Source: the human T2T-CHM13v2.0 reference genome, Homo sapiens. From it: a stretch of DNA of 64,000 nucleotides. The stretch lies in the NCBI RefSeq assembly GCF_009914755.1, contig NC_060944.1; one strand, given 5' to 3'. Within the stretch, counting starts at the first letter, position 1. The number at the start of each line of letters is the position of its first letter. Positions 12,509 to 23,500 of the stretch are shown piece after piece. The position numbers and the translations under genes were made by a program. The notes beneath the pieces are model-generated. The model saw only the letters and a program-made list of their open reading frames with translations, was not told the origin of the DNA and made no database searches.

Positions 12509-12771
12509 CTGGCCAACATGGTGAAACCCCATTTCTACAAAAATACAAAACAAAACAAAACACACAAACAAACAAAAATTAGCCTGGCATGACGGCGGGT
12601 GCCTGTAATCCCAGCTACTCAGGAGGCTGAGCCTGGAAAATCACTTGAACCCAGGAGGCGGAGGTTGTGGCGAGCTGAGATTGCGCCATTGCACTCCAGC
12701 CCAGGCAACAAGAGTGAAACTCAGTCTCAAACAAACAAACAAACAAACAAAAAAACAACAAACAAAAAAAA
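12509..12771 (+). mobile_element. 5'-truncated AluS (Sq/Sp-like)
   Basis: Starts at ctggccaacatggtgaaacccc; ggcaacaagagtgaaact; (caaa)n in linker and tail. Confidence 0.95.
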
Positions 12772-12794
12772 CTACCAGTGCCCATGCTCAGCCA

Positions 12795-13395
12795 TGTCAA
12801 GTAAAAAACACATCAGGACTCAGGAAGGGAGGGACTTCACTGGAAAGGAGCATTATAAGGGTACAGGGAAAGACTATTAGAATAAGAGGAATGCTCTGAC
12901 CGCAAGATCTGCAAGCTTCTCAAGAGTTAGGCAAAAATCATTTTTCTTTTATGGAGGGTGAGCAAGGTTAGAAAGAGCCTAGTGTGACTCAGAAGTAGGA
13001 TGGAAGAGTGTGGGATGATGTGACAGTGGTTTCAGAAGTGGCCTCTTCTCAGGAGCTGCTGTTGAAGAAGGTCTGCATGCTGGCTTGGGCTGAAGAAGGA
13101 CCAAAGTACAGGGACCTGGGGAAAGGAGAGAAAATCTTCAGGTTTGATTAACAGACATTTTGTTACAACTGGTGGGTGAGGACAAACAGTTCAGCTAATC
13201 ATTTATAAGGCAAAGCATAAGAATTTGGAGGGCCTGTGTCTATGCCTAGCTTTGTCACGGGTCATCCTTGAGTCTTCTCTATGTCCTATGGAGAAGGGAA
13301 GTTCCTTGTAGCAGACTGTTCTGAACACAAAAGACTAAGGGATTACTGAACCTTCGCTGTTGCCCAGGAGCAGAGGATTCAGGTAAAATGTAGCA
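12795..13395 (-). mobile_element. ERV1 solo LTR (MER67/MER31-like), tentative subfamily
   Basis: tgtcaa start; gaatgctctgaccgcaagatctgcaagc; ttcagctaatcatttat; gaatttggagggcctgtgtc; ~600 bp interrupting the L2. Confidence 0.55.
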
Positions 13396-13660
13396 GTGTC
13401 GGTCACTTGCACCTGCTGTGTCCCCTCTCACCTGTGGCCCTTTACACTTGCTCTCCCCTCTGCCTGAAGCACTCCTGCCCAGTTCTCCACTTCTCCTCTT
13501 CATTACATGCTCTTCCAGACAGTTCAGGTCCTGGTGTCATTTAGAGTCTGCTCTCCCATGCCAGACTCTATGTATGTCACCTTCACTCTGCATCTTCAGC
13601 TCTGACCCAGCACCTGACAACTAGATGGAGTCCATAAATACTGGGGAAATGAAGGAAAGT
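13395..13660 (+). mobile_element. L2 3' terminal fragment
   Basis: ggccctttacacttgctctcccctctgcctgaa...cccagcacctgacaactagatggagtccataaatac...gaaatgaa. Confidence 0.65.
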
Positions 13661-15056
13661 AAAAAGTTCTTGGAAGTTTTGTCAATTTAAGAAACGCTCC
13701 ATGATTATCAACAATAATCCCTCAATAACTTTTTTCTTCTCTGCAGTTAGAAGGCAGCCTGAAATTTTGCATTTTCCCCCTGAGAGCTCCTCCACACTGC
13801 TCCTGAAATGGCTGTCATTCTACTTATTCACTGGGGTTCTCTTTTTCCAGGCTCAACTACCTGGTGGGGTTTTTTTTGTTGCCATTGTTGTTTTTTTTTG
13901 TCTTTTTAAACAACTTCTCTCGTTTTCCAGGGCAAGTTAGAGGTGTTAAGTTCCCTAATGTGCTACTAGGCTGCAAATGAAGAATTTAACAGCCCATGGG
14001 AGGACCAATTAGAATCAATTATGACATAATTGAACTGCCTTGTATTCCTTGTCGGTATAGAACTTCTTTCTGGAAGGAAGATTGTGCCTTTCTTCACACT
14101 ATGATGGAGTAGCTGCATGAGTTCACAGGCAATGGTTCTGACCTAATCAATTCTAGAATAGAGTTTCGTGGAGCTAGCATGCCTTGTGATATCAGGGCCA
14201 GAGAAGCTCAGCTCAAGGAAGCCCTGACTTTCTCATTTCTGCCCTCCACCCCCCAGTTTTTTTTCCTTTCTTAAGAAAGCTGCTAAATTCTTACAAAGTA
14301 TATAAAATACCTTACATGGGCCTCTGGAAAGTCAGGACACTCCACCTATTGAAGAAGTGAGAAGGAAAGATTGAGTCTGAGGTCACCATCCATTTCCCTC
14401 CATTTTCTTCATTATTGGGCGTGAGAGATCAGACAACCATGAGAAGATCAACTCTGTCCACTTTTCCCAGTAACCGTCCTCTGGAATCTGGCCTTTGGGC
14501 CATTGGTGATGGGAGCCAGTAGTTGCATGATTTCCTCTTTCTTGCTACACCCAGCCTCATCAGTCCTGGGTTGTAGCTTATATGGCTTCCAAAGGCTTCA
14601 GTCCATGATTAAGTAATCGGTCTCCCCAGCAGCAGCCGTCTCTATAACGCAGGCTCTTTTCAACTTCCTTTCTTGACTCTTCCTGTTTTTCATTCTTCCT
14701 CCCTGGAAATCTATACCCTAATAAAATAAAATAAGGTAAGCCCTCAATTTCACCCTCAGCTTTGTAATGAACCCAGGGAAGACCAATTAAACTTGTGAAA
14801 ATGGTAAAACGAGAACAGGTTTTGACTTATTTGCATATTTTTGAATATTAGCAAATAGTTGAAGAGATCTAGTGACCAGTTCCTGACACAGGACTCTAAA
14901 GTAATAGAAGGAAAACTACTCTATGGCTCCGAATTTTGTGTTGTTTGAATATCCATGTCCAGTCACGTATCTGTTATATGCCTTCCTAGTTCCATTCAAC
15001 TTCCTTTTTTATATCCTGGAGCAATTTCCTCCATCACTTACTCTCTATACAGAGCT

Positions 15057-15515
15057 TGTTTTGGTTTGGATCCCTCAGAAACAGATCCTGAGATAAGGAT
15101 GTATGTGCAAGTAGTTTATTCTGGAAGTGATCCAAGGAGATGCTTGGATTCAGTGATCCAAGTTAGAGGAGTGGGGAGGTGAGGGGGAGAGAAAAGCAGG
15201 GAATAAAATATATGTCAATGTGGAACCCAATCCTGCTGGGGAAACTTCAGGAGACAATGTAGAACACAATTTGGAATTATCCCACTAGAAGGGCAAGGGA
15301 GCTGGAGTATTTACACACCAACTCCTATCAGTTGTATTGGTTGAGGGCTGCTCCTCGGGACAGATGGGATTAATTCTCTGTCACCTCCAGCCTGCCCTGT
15401 ATGTAGGCAGAGAGGTTTGGGAAGCCAGAAAGAGTCCTAGGGCATCTGGAAATCAAGCCATTGTTCTCTATGACAGTAAAGCTGATAGGATATTGGTGGG
15501 ATACAAGAATGCTAT
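15057..15515 (-). mobile_element. LTR33 (ERVL) solo LTR
   Basis: cagaaacagatcctgagataaggat...gtgcaagtagtttatt...ggagctggagtatttacacaccaactcc...attggttgagggctgctcc. Confidence 0.85.
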
Positions 15516-15689
15516 CAAGTTTACCTCCCTTAAGTCAAGAGAGCAAAGAGGAGCTCTATGTCTAGTGGTCTCTGGGAGTTCCAGCTTTCAGTAATCATCA
15601 GTTCTGGCTTCAGAATAAAACCACCTAGGAAACTTTTAAAAAATGCTATCACCCAGACACCTCACCAGAAAACTAATACAAGTGAAAAA

Positions 15690-16615
15690 TAAGCGTATAA
15701 AAGAGTACTCAACATCATATGCTATCAAGGAATTGCAAATTAAAACAATAGACTATCACTACATTCCTATTAGAATGGCTGAAGTTCAAAACACTGACCA
15801 TAACAAATGCTGGTGAAGATGTGGAATAACAGGAACCCTCATTCATTGCTGGTGGGAAAGCAAAATGGTACAGCCACCTTGGAAGAGAGCCTGGCAGTTT
15901 CTTACAAACTAAACATAGTCTCACCATATGATCCAGCAATAGTGCTTCTTGGTATTTACCCGAATGATTTAAAAACATATGTCCACACAAAAACCCCTCC
16001 ACAGAAATGTTTATAGCAGCTTTATCCATAATTGCCAAATGTGGAGGCTTCAATGGAAAACGTCCTTCCATAGTTGAATAGATGAACAAACATACAAATG
16101 TGCATCTATATGCATATATACAATGAACTATTCAGCAATAAAAGGAATGAGCTATCAAGCCATAGAAACGTATGGAAGAAATGTAAGTGCATACTGCTAA
16201 GTGGAAAAGAAAAACTCAGAAAAGCCTACTATATGACGTTCTCTAAAGGGTAAAAAGCTACAGGCACCAAAAAGATCAGGGATTTCTAGGAATTTGGAGG
16301 AAAGAGTGGAGAGATGAACAGGTGGAACACATGGGGATTATTAGGGCAATGAAATGGTGGATGTATGACATTATGGATTTGGCTAAACCCATAGAACAGT
16401 ATAACACAAACAGTAAATCTTATTGTAAACTATGCACTTTAGCTAACAATGATGTATCAGTTTTGGCTCACTTGTAACAAATGTACCATGCCAAAGCAAA
16501 ATGAAAATAATAGGGGCAACTGTGTGAAGGCGGGGAGAGAGTATATGAAAAGTCTGTGCTTTCTGTTTAATTTTTCTGGAAATCTAAAACTGCCCTAAGA
16601 GATAAAGTCTAATTT
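15690..16615 (+). mobile_element. L1MC (L1MC1/2-like) 3' fragment
   Basis: ORF2 C-terminal remnant (15807 ORF ...PYDPAIVLLGIYP...) and 3' UTR ttgtaacaaatgtacca...ataaagtcta. Confidence 0.9.
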
Positions 16616-16979
16616 TATATAGAACATACTCCATAAATTAAAATTTCCAGGGGTGAAAACCAAACATTAGTATCTTTTGCATGATCCCTGGGAAACCCTA
16701 ATGTGCAGGGAGAGTTCAGTTGCACTGGGGTAAGTGTACAGAAGAGTTGAATCTCTCCTGGTTGTCTTTGTGCAAAGGTCTTTCCCTTGGAGGCAGTTGG
16801 TCTCAGTAGCATGCTGTTTAGGGAACAAGAGAATTTAAAAATTAGTGTAGAATCTGCAATTTTTAATTCTAAGGAGCCCATACATGCAAAACAGGTCACA
16901 TACAGTTATGAATCATTAATAGTTTAACTACTTATTAAAATATATGCCTGTAATTTCATTAAGGTAAAAAATGTAGCCT

Positions 16980-17155
16980 TTGCTGTTCCAGAATGCTCCT
17001 CCAATCAGTATCACCTGGGAGCTTGTTAGCAATGCTCTTTCCTGGGTTCCCTCTCATTCTATGGAATCAGAAACTGTAGGGGATGAGGCCCAGGAATCTG
17101 GGTGTTGTCAGCCTTTCCAAGTGAAACTTAAGTGCCAATTCGTGAAAGTCGCTGT
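16980..17155 (+). mobile_element. MER5A MITE
   Basis: atcagtatcacctgggagcttgttagcaatgc...gaatcagaaactgtaggggatgaggcccaggaatctg. Confidence 0.85.
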
Positions 17156-17181
17156 TTTGAACAGAGGACGAAAGTGTAAAG

Positions 17182-17394
17182 CAGTGGTTCTAAAACTTGG
17201 CTGTACAATAAAATGACCTGGGAAGATTTAAAAAAACAGCAATGTTAAACATATAGTGATGTTTAAAAAATATTGACATTTTGGTTCTATTTCCCCAAAT
17301 TGTGATTTAATTGGTCTGCAGTATGTTTTGGGCAATGGGATTTTCAAAAACTCCCCAAGTGAGTCTAATGCGTAGGCAATCTGAGAAAAACTGG
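17182..17394 (+). mobile_element. MER5B MITE
   Basis: cagtggttctaaaacttggctgtacaataaaatgacctggg...aaaaactccccaagtgagtctaatg...tgagaaaaactg. Confidence 0.8.
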
Positions 17395-17796
17395 TGCAAA
17401 GACAATAATCAGCAAATTCTGGGCCTGCTGTCACCAACAGGTTGATCTCCAAAACTCACTTCCTTGAAACCCTCTCAGGAAACTTCTCCCAACCCGGAAT
17501 ATTTCCATCTTCCCCTGCCTCCATGCTCTCCAATTCATTATTACTAATACCACATTTTTGCCTCTGGTTCTTTTTCTCTTTCATGGTCTTAGGAAATGCA
17601 AAGTGCATCATCAGGGAAGTGTTAATAATGCCCATTTATTTTGTGATTCTGCCCCAAAAGACTTTCCTGCAGCCCAGTTATATAGTGCATATTACAAGAA
17701 CTCACCCTGTAAAGAGAGGTGAGTTTAAGCGCTTTAAAGAGAGTTACTGTAATATGCACTAATGCTAATAAAAAACATTTAAATGGTGCTGGAATA

Positions 17797-19922
17797 TTTT
17801 CTTTTGCTAACTTTTATTTTAAGTTCAGGGGTACAGGTGCAGGTTTTTTACTTGTGTCATGAGGGATTTTGTGTAGAATATTTCATCACCCAGGTATTAA
17901 GCTTAGTACCCATCAGTTGGTTTTCTTGGGACTCTCCCTCCTCCCACCTTCCATCCTCCAAAAGGCCCCAGTGTGTGTTGTTCCCCTCTATGTGTCCATG
18001 TGTTCTCATTGTTTACCTCCCACTTACAAGTGAGAACATGTGGTGTTTGGTTTTCTGTTCCTGTGTTAGTTTGCTAAGGATAATGACCTCCAGCTCCATC
18101 CATATCCCTGCAAAGGACATGAGCTCATTCTTTTTCATGACTGCATAGTATTCCATATTGTATATATACCACATTTTCTTTATCCAGACTATCATTGGTG
18201 GGCATTTAGGTTGACTCCATGTCTTTGCTATTGTGAATAGTGCTTCAGTGAACATTTGCATGCATGTGTCTTTATAATAGAGCAATTTATATTCCTTTGG
18301 GTATATACTCAGTAATGGGATTACTGGATCGACTGGTATTTCTGCCTCCAGGTCTTTCAGGAATTGCCACACTGTCTTCCACAATGGTTGAACTAATTTA
18401 CACTCCCACCAACAGTGTATAAGTGTTCATTTTTCTTCACAACCTCGCCAGCATCTGTTATTTGACTTTTTATTAATAGCCATTCTGCCTGGTGTGAGAT
18501 GGTATCTCATTGTGGTTTTGATTTGCATTTCTCTAATGATTAGTGATGCTGAGCTTTCTTTTCCATATAATTGTTGGCCACATGTATGTCCTCTTTTGTA
18601 AAGTGTCTGTTTATGTCCTTTGCCTACTTTTTTATGGAGTTGTTTGGTTTTTTCTTGTAAATTTAAGTTCCTTATACATGCTGGATATTAGACCTTTGTT
18701 AGATGCATAGATTACAAAAATTTTCTCCCATTTTGTAGGTTGTCAGTTTACTCTGTTGATAGTTGTTTTCACTGTGCAGAAGCTCTTTAGTTTGATTAGA
18801 TCCCATTTGTCAATTCTTGCTTTTGTTGCAATTGCTTTTGGCATCTTCATCATGAAATCTTTGCCCGTGCCTATTTCCTGAATGGTTTTGCCTAGGCTGT
18901 CATCCAGGGTTTTTATAGTTTTGGATTTTACACTTAAATCTTTAATCCATTTTGAGTTATTTTTTTGTATATGGTGTAAGGAAGAGGTCCAGTTTCATTC
19001 AGTCTTCTGCATATGGCTAGCCAGTTATCCTAGCACCATTTATTGAATAGGAAATTCTTTCCTCGTTGCTTGTTTTTGTCAGGTTTGTTGGATATCAGAT
19101 AGTTGTAGGTGTGCAATCTTATTATTGGGTTCTCTGTTCTGTTCCATTTGGTCTTTGTGTCTTTCTTGTACAGTACCACGATGTTTTGGTTACAGTAGCC
19201 CTGTAGTATACATTGAAGTCAGGTAGCATGATGCCTCCAGCTTTATTCTTTTTGTTTAGGATGGCCTTGGCTATTTGGGCTCCTATTTGGTTCCCTATAA
19301 ATTTTAAAACAGTTTTTTTCTAATCCTATGAAGAATGTCAGTGGTAGTTTAATGGGAATAGCATTGAATCTTTATATTGCTTTGGGCAGTAGGGCCATTT
19401 TAACAATGTTTATTCTTCCTATCAATGAGCATGGAATGTTTTTCCATTTGTTTGTGTCATCTCTGATTTTTTTGAGCAGTGGTTTGTAGTTCTCTTTGGA
19501 GAAATCTTTAACCTCCCTAGTTAGCTGTATTCATAGGTGCTTTATTTTTTTGTGGCAATTGTGAATGGGAATTCATTCCTGATTTGGCTCTCTGCTTGAC
19601 TGTTGTTGGTGTATAGGAATGCTAGTGATTATGGCACATTGATTTTGTATCCTGAGACTTTGCTGAAGTTGTTTATCAGCTTAGAAAGCTTTTGAGCTGA
19701 GATGATGGGGTTATGTCATCTAGATATAGGATCATGTCATCTGCAAACAGGGATAGTTTGACTTTCTCTCTTCCTATTTGAATGCCACTTATTTATTTAT
19801 CTTGCCTGATTGCCCTGGCCAGAACTTCCAATACTATGTTAAATAGGAGTGGTGAGAGAGGGCATCCCTTTCTTGTGCCTATTTTCAAGAGGAATGCTTC
19901 CAGCTTGTGCCCATTCCGTATA
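17797..19922 (-). mobile_element. 5'-truncated older L1PA (about L1PA13-16), 2.1 kb
   Basis: Continuous antisense 3' UTR and ORF2 (123 aa remnant MWKTVWQFLKDLEAEIP...); truncates at tgcccattccgtat. Confidence 0.95.
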
Positions 19923-20878
19923 ACAGCACTGTATTTTCTACAAGCTGGAGATGTTCTTATAACATTTCTCTTCTCTTTTTTTCTCCTTCCAAAAATTGAT
20001 AAGAATAGGGCTTTGGGGTTTTGTGTTCAAGGAGAAAAACTTTACTAGGGATTCCAAAGAGGAAGATGATCAGGGAAGAATAATAGGACCCAGAATCTCA
20101 TAGCAGGCTGTCATGGAAATAAGAGTTGTTTTGGAGAGGGGGCATGATGGGAATGGATCTCTGAGTCAGATAAAAAAAAGAAGTTTTGAGGGTTTTCTGT
20201 GTCTGGCAGAGACCCAGGCTGGCTTGCATACGGAAGACGAAGACCCAGGCTGGCTCGCATATGGAAGACGAGGCTGGTTTGCATACCAAAGACGAAGGAA
20301 TTGACCCTGGTGGCTAAAGGTGGCTGAAAACATGCATTGTGGCCTTGAGAGCATTGGAGGGGAATTCTGTCAGCAGGTCCGCTGTCAGTGGAATAGACCA
20401 TGTGTGGCGTGCCTCTGAGTATGTTAGTTCCCTATTGCTTGTAACAAATTGCCATAAATTTAGCAGCATAAAACAACACACAGTTAATATCTCATGGTGG
20501 ATTCCGTGGGTAGGGAGTACATTATGGCTCAGTTGAGTGCTCTACCCAGGGTCTTACTGGCTGCAATCAAGATGTCAGCTAACAATAATGTTTTAGAATT
20601 GGCTCTTTTGTAGCAAATGTACCACAGCCAAAGCAAGATGTTATAATAGGGGCAACCCTTCTTTCCAAACAACTCATTTTTCCAAGACAGCCTCCTAAGG
20701 GCTTCTATTAATTATTCTTCCCTGATCATCTTCGTCTTTGGAACTCCTAGTAAGTTTTTTTTTTTCCTTGAACACCAAACCTGAAAGCCCTATTTTTACG
20801 AAATTTTGGAAGGAGGAGGGAAAAAGAGAAGAGAAATGTTCTAAGGACAGCTCCAGCTTTTAGGAAATACACTGTTGT
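19923..20878. repeat. Inverted repeat, ~220 bp arms (19923-20141 / 20656-20878)
   Basis: aacatttctcttctcttttt vs aaaaagagaagagaaatgtt; gaagatgatcagggaagaataat vs attattcttccctgatcatcttc; about 80-85% identity by eye. Confidence 0.95.
20210..20296 (+). repeat. 31 bp tandem repeat, ~2.8 copies
   Basis: agacccaggctggcttgcatacggaagacga / agacccaggctggctcgcatatggaagacga / ggctggtttgcataccaaagacga. Confidence 0.95.
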
Positions 20879-21328
20879 GTTCCATTCTGGAGCTTGGGGT
20901 CTTCTTCCAAGATCACATGGTGTTTGGCAAAATGCAGTTTCTCCTGGTTTTCTTGCTGCTGTCAGGTGGGTCCACTCTTATCTCCTATGTGCCACCTGCA
21001 GTTCTTTACCACATGATCCTTTTAAAATGTGACAACTGACTTCTTCAAGGCAGCGGAACAATCTTTTGCCTCAGAGATGGCTTAGTCCCCCTTTATATGG
21101 GCTTTCACCTCATCATTATAGGCCCACCCTGGAATATCTTTCTTTACTCAAAATCAGCTCGCTTGGGATTTGAATTACCTCTGCCAAAATCACTTTACCT
21201 TTGCAATATTGTAATGGCTAGAGGCAAGTTGCAGATCTCAGCCACACTTAAGAGGAGGGGATTACATGAATGCGGGGATACCAGGAAGTGGTAGTCATTG
21301 GGAGTTAGCCTAGGGTCTGTCCCTCACA
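20420..21328 (-). mobile_element. MLT1E-like MaLR solo LTR interrupted by a ~300 bp insert (20581-20877)
   Basis: tatgttagttccctattgcttgtaacaaattgccataaatttagcagc...ctagggtctgtccctcaca; TSD ctgag (20415-20419) / ccgag (21329-21333). Confidence 0.85.
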
Positions 21329-21783
21329 CCGAGGTAATGCAAGGTACAGGCCAGAAATGACATTAGAATTAGGTCACAGGGGAGCACTGGTAAAGTCAAT
21401 GACGTAGTGGGCCAAAGGCCTGGCCCTTTTCCTATTTCATAGCTTCTAAAAGACCCGCAATTCTTGCATGAGGCCATCAACAGAGACAGAGGGCCTCAGT
21501 AATGATGAGCATTAACAAAAATCATTCCAAACTTGGATGTAAGATCAAAGGTGAAAGGCTGGATTATTCAGTGTCATACAGGAATAAAGAGTCCACCCAG
21601 GGATTAGGCAATACATGTTGTTTAACTAATTGTTCCCTATGGATTAGAAGTCCCAGACGTAGTGAAGCTACTTTGTATCTTGCAAATTTTTGTTCAGTGT
21701 ACAGATGCAAATTATTTCTACAGTGGAGCAGATAACTTCAAAGGGTATGATTTATCACCCTGGTAGGCATTAACACATTTTGT

Positions 21784-22117
21784 ATCTAACCCAGCAATAT
21801 CCTAACCTGCCTTTATTACCTCACCTGTAATAGAGACTTGAATTACAAGTCTTGAATTGCAAAACAGCAACAAGAAAACCATGAGAAACTGAATTTTGCC
21901 AAATACCATGTGATCTTGGAAGAAAACTCCACGATCCAGAACAGAACACAGCCCAGCTGACACCTGGATTGGAGCCTGCGAGGCCCTCAGCAGAGCACCC
22001 AACTGAGCCATAATGGACTCCCTGACCCACAGGAACCATTACAGGTGGTTTCTTTATGAACTCACTATAACAGGTGAGTTAATAAAGGCAGGTTAGGATA
22101 AGATTGCTGGGCTGGAT
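21784..22117. repeat. ~55 bp inverted repeats (21784-21838 / 22060-22117) enclosing an inverted copy of the upstream MLT1 (21864-22038)
   Basis: cccagcaatatcctaacctgcctttattacctcacctgtaatag vs ctataacaggtgagttaataaaggcaggttaggataagattgctggg; interior is the reverse complement of 20498-20580 + 20876-20962. Confidence 0.95.
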
Positions 22118-22739
22118 TTAACATCATACTGTTTCTCTCAGTAATTAGTAAGTTGAATAAATCTTTGACCCATGTTCATTTTATATTTACCTGATAATTA
22201 TTTTATCCTCTTGAAAATTATATTTTAACAATGGGAAGGAATTCTCCATCAACCAGGCAGGAGAATACAGTTTATTTGATTTTGAAAAATAAAGAAAAAT
22301 GATTTCTTTTTAACCCAATGGGGTAGGGGTACAATTCATCCTCTGCAAAATCCTCTCAAATTCTAAGAGGAAATAATGTTCTTTTGAAGGAAGGAAGGAA
22401 ATAAATCCTCCAATAGCCACATAACTTTTTCCCTGTAGACTTATAAAAGCCTCATCTGTGGTTTGCAGGCTTAAGACAATAATACTTAACCACCAGATCT
22501 GGTAGTGATTGTAGCCCTGGCAAAACATTGAGACCCAAGTCAAAGATTCATTGTGAGGGTAAAGCATGCAGGTTAGAGCCTCTGTCAGAAATGCTCTGCT
22601 GAAAATATCTCAGACTGAGCACTCGCTGATATGACAGATTTCTAGCTAAATCTTTTCATTTTTTTCAAGCATGGTTTGACCTGGTTCTTGGCATATATAG
22701 TGTAATCCAATTAAATAAAAATTTAATCTGTTAAATTTA

Positions 22740-22840
22740 TTTATAAATATATATATATCCTTCATTATGTATAGTTTATTTTATTCATTTTATATACATG
22801 TATACACACATGTGTGTATGCATGTGCATATACATGTGTT
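22740..22840. repeat. (TA)n/(RY)n low-complexity tract
   Basis: atatatatatat and tatacatgtatacacacatgtgtgtatgcatgtgcatatacatgtg. Confidence 0.8.
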
Positions 22841-23054
22841 ATGGTAATTTTGACTTCATGCTATTTTCATCTCTTACATTTACTTTACAACATAATGCTT
22901 GGATAAGACATGCCACCACTGCATATGGACCCAAGCCTGGCGTTGGATGCCACTTCACAAATGCTTGGTCTGTGTTGCATAACATATTTTCACAGAAGTT
23001 CAGGAAAGAACTGAGTCTTAGGCTGAGCCCTACTTGGACTTCTGAGTAGACCTT

Positions 23055-23500
23055 GTGGTGCCACCCAGAGTCCGTTTATAGGGCTGATACATGCATTGCT
23101 CAGCTACCATGGATGTTGCTTCTTAAAGGCACATAGCTGTCCTCCGTTTGTCTTCCTGAGAGAATCATCTTAATCAACAGAAGCTGTCTTTCCCAGAAAT
23201 ACTTGGAGATTATTCCCTTTAACCCTCAAAGTTGGGGCAGCCTGGACCCAATGATTGACTGATATCAAGGTGCAGAGCTGGCCCCATTTGATTCATAGGG
23301 TGGTCACTCAGTGACACTCTGGAGCTTTCTGTGGGCCAGGCTGAGACTGGATTTTAGCTGACATCACATCCTTACTTGGCTCCTTCACTGTCCTATCCCA
23401 CATCACTCATTCTCCTTCTCCTCAGAGTGCCCCACCCAATGGTCACTTTGCACAAGAATCCCCATCTCAGGCTCTGCATTTGGGGAGTGCAGCATAAAAC
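23055..23500 (+). mobile_element. LTR16 (C-like, ERVL) solo LTR
   Basis: ggggcagcctggacccaatgattgactga...gggccaggctgagactggattttagctga...cacaagaatccccatctcaggctctgc. Confidence 0.8.

Noticed and set aside
14728-14742. Strong splice donors (AAG|GTAAGC at ~14735, AAG|GTAAGA at ~37502) and acceptor at ~13746
   Set aside because: Isolated sites with no coherent exon chain; expected by chance in 64 kb
18013-18384. 123 aa ORF (also 5557, 15807, 39159, 39360, 44967, 48827, 63647 ORFs)
   Set aside because: Fragments of decayed L1 ORF1/ORF2, not host genes; surrounding frames are broken
20210-20296. CRISPR-like 31 bp repeat
   Set aside because: Head-to-tail tandem copies without spacers
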